Shown piece by piece: positions 16,038 to 20,393 of a stretch of 20,393 nucleotides of DNA; positions within the stretch are counted from its first letter, which is position 1; each line of letters begins with the position of its first letter. This DNA is from Fimbriimonadales bacterium. GTDB taxonomy: Bacteria > Armatimonadota > Fimbriimonadia > Fimbriimonadales > ATM1. Both the position numbers and the translations under genes were made by a program. The notes beneath the pieces are model-generated. The model was not told where the DNA came from. It saw only the letters and a program-made list of their open reading frames with translations, and searched no databases. The stretch covers positions 1 to 20,393 of the forward strand of contig JBPCLO010000028.1 of NCBI GenBank assembly GCA_051003155.1, given 5' to 3'.

Positions 16038-17342
16038 CTACTCGCTCTCCCCGGTCAAACTCTTGACCTTCTTCATCGCCTGATCGAACACGATCGTGAC
16101 CTTGCCTGCCGTAAACTCTCCACCTTCGGGGCCAAGCGCCGCGTGCTTCCCGGATGCCACGACGCCACCCGACATAACCGCGGTCGACGTTGCCCTGTTC
16201 AACGTTACCGTCGAGCTGGTCACCGTAATATGGGTCTTTCCACCGTCTTGGGTGATAACCGTGGTGACGCCGCCGGTGAACGTCGCCGTCCTCCACTCGG
16301 GTCTCGTGACGCCGACGGCGCGATCAGCAGTCCCCTCGATATGACGGCCGGTTACAACCGCACCGGGCCCAGAGAACGTAGCTACAAACGGCGCCCCATC
16401 CCCCGAGTATCGCCACAATGCGCCGTCTTCAGAGCGTCGGATGGTCCATGTCGATACCCCGGTTACGTCCATCAGGTTGTTGCCCCTCGGATCCCTGTAG
16501 TGCGCCTCGATGTTCCCGGTGAATGTGCCGTGCTGAAGCTCGTAACTCTTGTTGACCGGCGTGATCACACCTTCCAGCTTGTTGCCGCTGACTTCAAAAT
16601 GCTGCTTCAGCCACTTGGCAACGAACGGCCCGGTACCGACAAAGCGGTAATTCTCCGTTTCTCCCTCCCGCATTATCTGAAACTTTTTGGCGGTAACGTG
16701 CATGTTTCCCGCGCCGTCCTTGTACGTTATCACCTTTCCCTGCGCCAAGAGCGATACAAGGGCCAGCGCTGCTGTAGTTGTGTTCATTTTTTTATCTTTG
16801 GATTCGAACCTGGCTCGGACCAGGTCTGCCGGACCGACCTCGATACCGGCCGTCACGCCGGTAACGCGCCCCTCCGCGACCAGCACCCGCTCATCGCGCG
16901 TCCATGCAATTCTGTCACACCGTAGCGACGTGCGGCCGTCGTGCGAAACCGCCTTGACCGCGCCCTTGAGCGTCAAGTGCCCGGTAGCTTCGTCGGCAGT
17001 ACCTTCGTTCGCTGTTAGCGTCATGGCGGGGAGCCCATCTTCGTACAGAGTCGCGCTGACCCCATTCATGTTCGCCTTGTCGCCCTTGGGGTCGATCCTT
17101 ACGTCCGCTTCCTTCGCTTTGACCTCCCAAAGTCGTTCGCCGTCTTTGCTTGCCCGCAGGGTCACGCCCTTAGAGCCGATCGCGACGTTCGGGAGCTCAG
17201 GTGCTCGTCCGGCGGGGTTTTTTGCCGGCGGGTCTACCTTCGCGCATCCGGCAACAACCGCAAGAGCTAAGATGAAAGGGGCAGTTCTGATAGTCCCCTC
17301 CGTGCGAACTTGCCTTCGTGCCGGCCCTTGAGCTGGCCGCAT
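16038..17342 (-). CDS. LptC-like lipoprotein fused in frame to a second beta-rich LptA/OstA-like secreted domain (start uncertain)
   Basis: Lipobox VVAGC, LptC-like W.VKA.EA, LTA.EG and L.LKG.V. An internal signal-like MNTTTAALALVSLLAQG starts at 16787. Lies directly upstream of lptB. Confidence 0.75.
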   Translation of the reverse strand: MRPAQGPARRQVRTEGTIRTAPFILALAVVAGCAKVDPPAKNPAGRAPELPNVAIGSKGVTLRASKDGERLWEVKAKEADVRIDPKGDKANMNGVSATLYEDGLPAMTLTANEGTADEATGHLTLKGAVKAVSHDGRTSLRCDRIAWTRDERVLVAEGRVTGVTAGIEVGPADLVRARFESKDKKMNTTTAALALVSLLAQGKVITYKDGAGNMHVTAKKFQIMREGETENYRFVGTGPFVAKWLKQHFEVSGNKLEGVITPVNKSYELQHGTFTGNIEAHYRDPRGNNLMDVTGVSTWTIRRSEDGALWRYSGDGAPFVATFSGPGAVVTGRHIEGTADRAVGVTRPEWRTATFTGGVTTVITQDGGKTHITVTSSTVTLNRATSTAVMSGGVVASGKHAALGPEGGEFTAGKVTIVFDQAMKKVKSLTGESE

Positions 17343-18337
17343 GCCGCTGCGATATCGTGTCCTCGTTCCATGCGCTGGCTCACATTCACGCCATTGGCCT
17401 CCAGCGCCCCGCGGAAGGCGCGAATTCGGTTATTGGAAGGACGTTTGAGGCCGAGCCTTGTGTCCACATAGTTGAACGGAATCAAGTTCACGAGAGACGG
17501 CAAACCCTCGATGAGTCGAGCGAAGGCATGAGCCTGCTCGACCGTATCGTTGACGCCGTCCATAAGCAAGTACTCGAACGTGATCTTCCGGCCGGTGGCT
17601 CGCACATACTTACGGCATGAAGCGATCAAGTCCGCCACGGGCCACCGGTGGTTCACCGGCATCAGGCTGCTCCGCACCTCGTCTAGCGGCGAATGGAGCG
17701 AAACGGCCAAGTGGATCGGTAGAGCTTCCTGCGCGAGCCTGTCGATTTGCGGAACAAGCCCGACCGTCGAAATCGTTATGTGCCTGTTGCTGAGTCCGAC
17801 CTCGTTCTTGAACAGCCGAAGGGAAGCGACAACCGCGTCGTAGTTGTGCAGCGGCTCGCCCATACCCATGTAAACCACGTGGGAAATCCTTCGGTCCGAA
17901 TACCGCTGCAGCATCAAGTATTGCCCAACAATTTCGCCGACGCTAAGGTTCCGGTCGAAACCGCCGAGCCCCGTCGCGCAGAACTCGCACCCCATCGCAC
18001 AGCCCACCTGGGTGCTGATGCAACAGCTCACTCGGTCTTCGAACGGCAGAAGTACGCACTCGAACGCCTGGCCGTCGCCGTTGTCGACGAGAAGCTTGAT
18101 CACTCCGTCCACCGAACGCTGCTCGGCCCGGACCGCAAGCGGGCTGACCTCGTACTGCTCGCTCAGCCGGGCTCGATCGATCGCCGGTATGTCGGTCATT
18201 TCGTGGACGTTTTGTGCGCCGCGCTTGTAAATCCAATCGGCCACTTGGCGCCCGCGTACTCGCGCCAAAGGGTCGCCCTCGAAAAGTCGTCCAATGTCGC
18301 CGCTCGTCATGCCGATCAGAGCCAGCCTCGGTTCCAC
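17267..18337 (-). CDS. rlmN: Dual-specificity rRNA/tRNA m2A methyltransferase RlmN
   Basis: Motifs CISTQVGCAMGCEFCATG (CxxxCxxC), VVYMGMGEPL.N, ITISTVG, LAVSLH, NLIPFN and DIAAACGQL. GTG 18337 is preferred over TTG 18343. Confidence 0.96.
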   Translation of the reverse strand: MEPRLALIGMTSGDIGRLFEGDPLARVRGRQVADWIYKRGAQNVHEMTDIPAIDRARLSEQYEVSPLAVRAEQRSVDGVIKLLVDNGDGQAFECVLLPFEDRVSCCISTQVGCAMGCEFCATGLGGFDRNLSVGEIVGQYLMLQRYSDRRISHVVYMGMGEPLHNYDAVVASLRLFKNEVGLSNRHITISTVGLVPQIDRLAQEALPIHLAVSLHSPLDEVRSSLMPVNHRWPVADLIASCRKYVRATGRKITFEYLLMDGVNDTVEQAHAFARLIEGLPSLVNLIPFNYVDTRLGLKRPSNNRIRAFRGALEANGVNVSQRMERGHDIAAACGQLKGRHEGKFARRGLSELPLSS

Positions 18338-18343
18338 AGTCAA

Positions 18344-18371
18344 ATTGTACGCTCAAACGGGAAATTGGCAA
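18344..18371 (-). promoter_or_regulatory. Sigma70-type promoter for a leaderless rlmN-lpt operon
   Basis: Minus strand TTGCCA (18371-18366), 16 nt, TACAAT (18349-18344), 6 nt, GTG. Confidence 0.6.
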
Positions 18372-18426
18372 TCGCAAAAGCGACTATGAACAGTGAAACG
18401 TCAGGTTCAGTGGCTGTCGTTCAGGC

Positions 18427-18876
18427 ATGCGAAGAAATCAAATAAAAAGACAAATGAAATTGACGGTTGCGACGATGGCAGCGTTCGGCGCGGTATCGAT
18501 GGCTGGCGCAGGGCTTTTTGGCGACGTCATCACCGACCTCATAAAAATCGGTGGCATCGGGTTGGTGGTCGACCGGTTTGGCCCGGAAATCAACAAGGCC
18601 TTCAACGCCGTCCAGGGCTTCACCGAGAGCGAGTCCACGATGACCAAGGTCGTGCCGATTCTTTCGGTTGGCCAGGGTAAATTCATCGGGGCCGTGCAAG
18701 TCATGGGCCCGCGCACCCTGGTTCAGAAAGTGAAGGCAGTGGCCCAACTTGAAACCAAATTCGCGGGAACAATTCGGCTCAAAGCAATGATCCCAGTCGA
18801 ATCCAAAAAGGTGACCCAAGATATACGCCGCGTGCCCGGTGTGGGCGTCAGCGGCATCGTCGATCTTAAACTCTAA
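18427..18876 (+). CDS. Conserved-looking hypothetical secreted protein (start 18427 or 18454)
   Basis: Signal-like N-terminus, then TKVVPILSVG, IGAVQV.GP, VKAVAQLE and RVPGVGVS.IVD.KL. Host-like codon usage. Confidence 0.85.
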   Translation: MRRNQIKRQMKLTVATMAAFGAVSMAGAGLFGDVITDLIKIGGIGLVVDRFGPEINKAFNAVQGFTESESTMTKVVPILSVGQGKFIGAVQVMGPRTLVQKVKAVAQLETKFAGTIRLKAMIPVESKKVTQDIRRVPGVGVSGIVDLKL

Positions 18877-18946
18877 TCGCCACTTCTGTAGGGGGTTAGA
18901 TGAATTTCGGCGGGGCGTCGATGCCCTTTGCTTCCTCTTCGTGTGC

Positions 18947-19003
18947 CACGGATGAGCGATTGCTAAGCGTCGGCTCCGCTGACACCCGCATCGCTCGTCC
19001 GTG
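18947..19003. repeat. Inverted repeat / long hairpin
   Basis: CACGGATGAGCGAT (18947-18960) pairs with ATCGCTCGTCCGTG (18990-19003): 14 bp with one G-U. Inner stem GTCGGC-tcc-GCTGAC. Confidence 0.75.
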
Positions 19004-19004
19004 A

Positions 19005-19202
19005 ACGGCCCCCAAATTTGCGGAACACATCGCGGGCCTGCACGCGGCCCGGACTTTGAAGCTGTATGGCCACGAACGAGCCAAGGACCACCAGCGGCTA
19101 ACATTGGTCTATGGCGCAACGGATACGCGGTTCAACTAAGCTGTTGTATTAGCCGATTACCTGGATTCCTACAAGGAACTGCCCTCATCCTCGGAGGGAT
19201 AA
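19005..19202 (+). pseudogene. DUF488/YeaO-like 3' gene remnant
   Basis: The frame reads ...PKFAEH...ERAKDHQRLTLVYGATDTRFN*AVVLADYLDS, matching the YeaO C-terminal LTL.Y.A.D...N.AVVL..YL. It has an in-frame TAA at 19137-19139 and no 5' half. Confidence 0.65.
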
Positions 19203-19245
19203 GGGGAGCCTAAGACATGCAGGGCTGCCCTCATTCCTCCGAGGA
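19188..19245. repeat. 24-bp imperfect inverted repeat (REP-like or bidirectional terminator-like)
   Basis: TCCTCGGAGGGATAAGGGGAGCCT, 10 nt loop, GGGCTGCCCTCATTCCTCCGAGGA. The outer 10 bp are perfect. Confidence 0.75.
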
Positions 19246-19257
19246 CGATGGCCGGCA

Positions 19258-20292
19258 CTACCAGTTCTCGACAATCTCAGCGACGCCCTTGCGGTCGAGG
19301 CGAATGCGCACTTTCATCGACCGGCCACCCTGGCTAATTCGGAACGTCGCGCCTCTGCCGGTGGCCGGGTTCAGGAACTCGACGTTCGACTTGTCGATCT
19401 GGAAGCCGTCGTCCACCGCCGCCAATCGGGCTGCGACGGTCAGCAGTTCGCGAAAATGGTCGCCGCGCAGACCTCGATCCTCAAGGGCGAGTCGGTTCCA
19501 CTCGGCGGGGTCGTCGGCATCGAACGATTCGACCGCCCCACCGGTGTACTTGTAAACTACCGTCCCCGCCTGGAAGAACCGGCTCCTGAACAAAGAAAGC
19601 GCCATCGGGTCCTTGAGAGCACGGAAGTTGTCGATCAGAATCATCGTGTTCTTGGCGACGCTTTCGAGTATCACCTTATCGCTCACATCCCGGCCGCGAG
19701 TTAAGGAAACCAGCTCCAAGATGCTTGCACCCCGTACCATAGTCAAAATCTGCTTCACGAGGCCGATGCCCGGCGCAAAGTGCTGAACCGTCGTGGCGTC
19801 GCCCGCCAACACACCCTTCGATCGAGTTTCCAGTCTCACCGTTTGGTACGCACCGGAAGGGACGGCTATCGTTTCGTCCACAGCCGTCACAACCGCGTCG
19901 TTCTGAATCTTCCACGGTTCGACGGCGCGGGTCTCTTCGTCCGTCATTAAGACCTGGCCCTGGAACATGCTCTCGTACGACCATCTCTTGTTAAGTTCCA
20001 GCGGCAAGTTCAATATCGAAGCGCCGGGAGATTCCAAGTCCGGCAATTCGCCACCTAAACCTCTGTAAGGGATATCCAGAACGCGATTACCTTCACGACG
20101 ACGATATGCGTACCTGTCGCCGATCTTCAGTTGCCGCGTGCCGTCCGGCAAGACGTTCCAAACCTTCACGACAAGACGATGCTCCCTTCCTTCGGTCGTC
20201 TGCCGATAGACCCACGTCGTCCCCCGCTCCAGAGGATAAATGTCCCCTTGCGCCATCCCCAAGACACCGGCCGCCAAAACAAACCCTACCAT
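19258..20292 (-). CDS. Hypothetical secreted protein with a YPL..G..W.Y / VP.G.Y / APGIGLVK beta domain (TapB/DUF3108-like) plus a C-terminal domain
   Basis: Signal-like MVGFVLAAGVLGMAQG, then IYPLERGTTWVY, ETIAVPSGAYQTVRLE and HFAPGIGLVKQ. Start is ATG 20292 or GTG 20310. Confidence 0.8.
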   Translation of the reverse strand: MVGFVLAAGVLGMAQGDIYPLERGTTWVYRQTTEGREHRLVVKVWNVLPDGTRQLKIGDRYAYRRREGNRVLDIPYRGLGGELPDLESPGASILNLPLELNKRWSYESMFQGQVLMTDEETRAVEPWKIQNDAVVTAVDETIAVPSGAYQTVRLETRSKGVLAGDATTVQHFAPGIGLVKQILTMVRGASILELVSLTRGRDVSDKVILESVAKNTMILIDNFRALKDPMALSLFRSRFFQAGTVVYKYTGGAVESFDADDPAEWNRLALEDRGLRGDHFRELLTVAARLAAVDDGFQIDKSNVEFLNPATGRGATFRISQGGRSMKVRIRLDRKGVAEIVENW

Positions 20293-20393
20293 AACCGTGC
20301 TAACGTCCACGCGAAACGGCTTCGTTCCCGAAAAAGTCGAATCAATCCCGAAGGAGACATCCTGCCTTCGGATACCTTGCGAAGGAAACGGTT

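Noticed and set aside
18880..19060. RNase P RNA-like words on the minus strand (AAAGTCCGGGC ... ACAGAA)
   Set aside because: No GAGG prefix, no complementary CCCGGCTT for P4, and the span is too short.
19137..19139. In-frame stop in the YeaO-like fragment as possible recoding
   Set aside because: The stop is TAA at a non-Cys position and the 5' half of the gene is missing, so decay is the simpler explanation.
20347..20372. Hairpin CCGAAGG...CCTTCGG at the window edge as a riboswitch
   Set aside because: No recognisable aptamer consensus, and the context is cut off by the window.

Overview
GC-rich bacterial chromosomal segment. Gene content and order suggest a diderm Terrabacteria lineage, most likely Armatimonadota (inference). 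It holds a partial Fe/Mn superoxide dismutase, a CBS-DUF1385 fusion, pfkA, a pfkB-family kinase, a membrane protein, pgk, recA-recX, a cyclophilin, a VOC/CatE-like enzyme, a ~1.8 kb islet at tRNA-Val, a peptidase C26, an rlmN-lptC/lptA-like-lptB-lptF/G-DUF3084-yqgF cluster, two secreted proteins and three tRNAs (Gly-TCC, Ile-GAT, Val-CAC). The strongest finding is missed by the ORF track: a DCC1/DUF393-like thiol-disulfide oxidoreductase (11240-11590) whose DxxCxxC motif reads DGDCGL-TGA, followed by a hairpin with bacterial SECIS geometry, i.e. a candidate CxxU selenoprotein. Other notable items are an SOD with an in-frame twin-arginine leader plus a second internal RBS/ATG, a palindrome over the recA -10 box (candidate SOS operator), an lptC/lptA-like fusion that hinges on one A of an A7 run, a tRNA 3'-end direct repeat bounding the islet, many leaderless-type starts, and a shared AAC-N18-CGTT ECF-like promoter motif. 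All family assignments come from motif recognition, not database searches.
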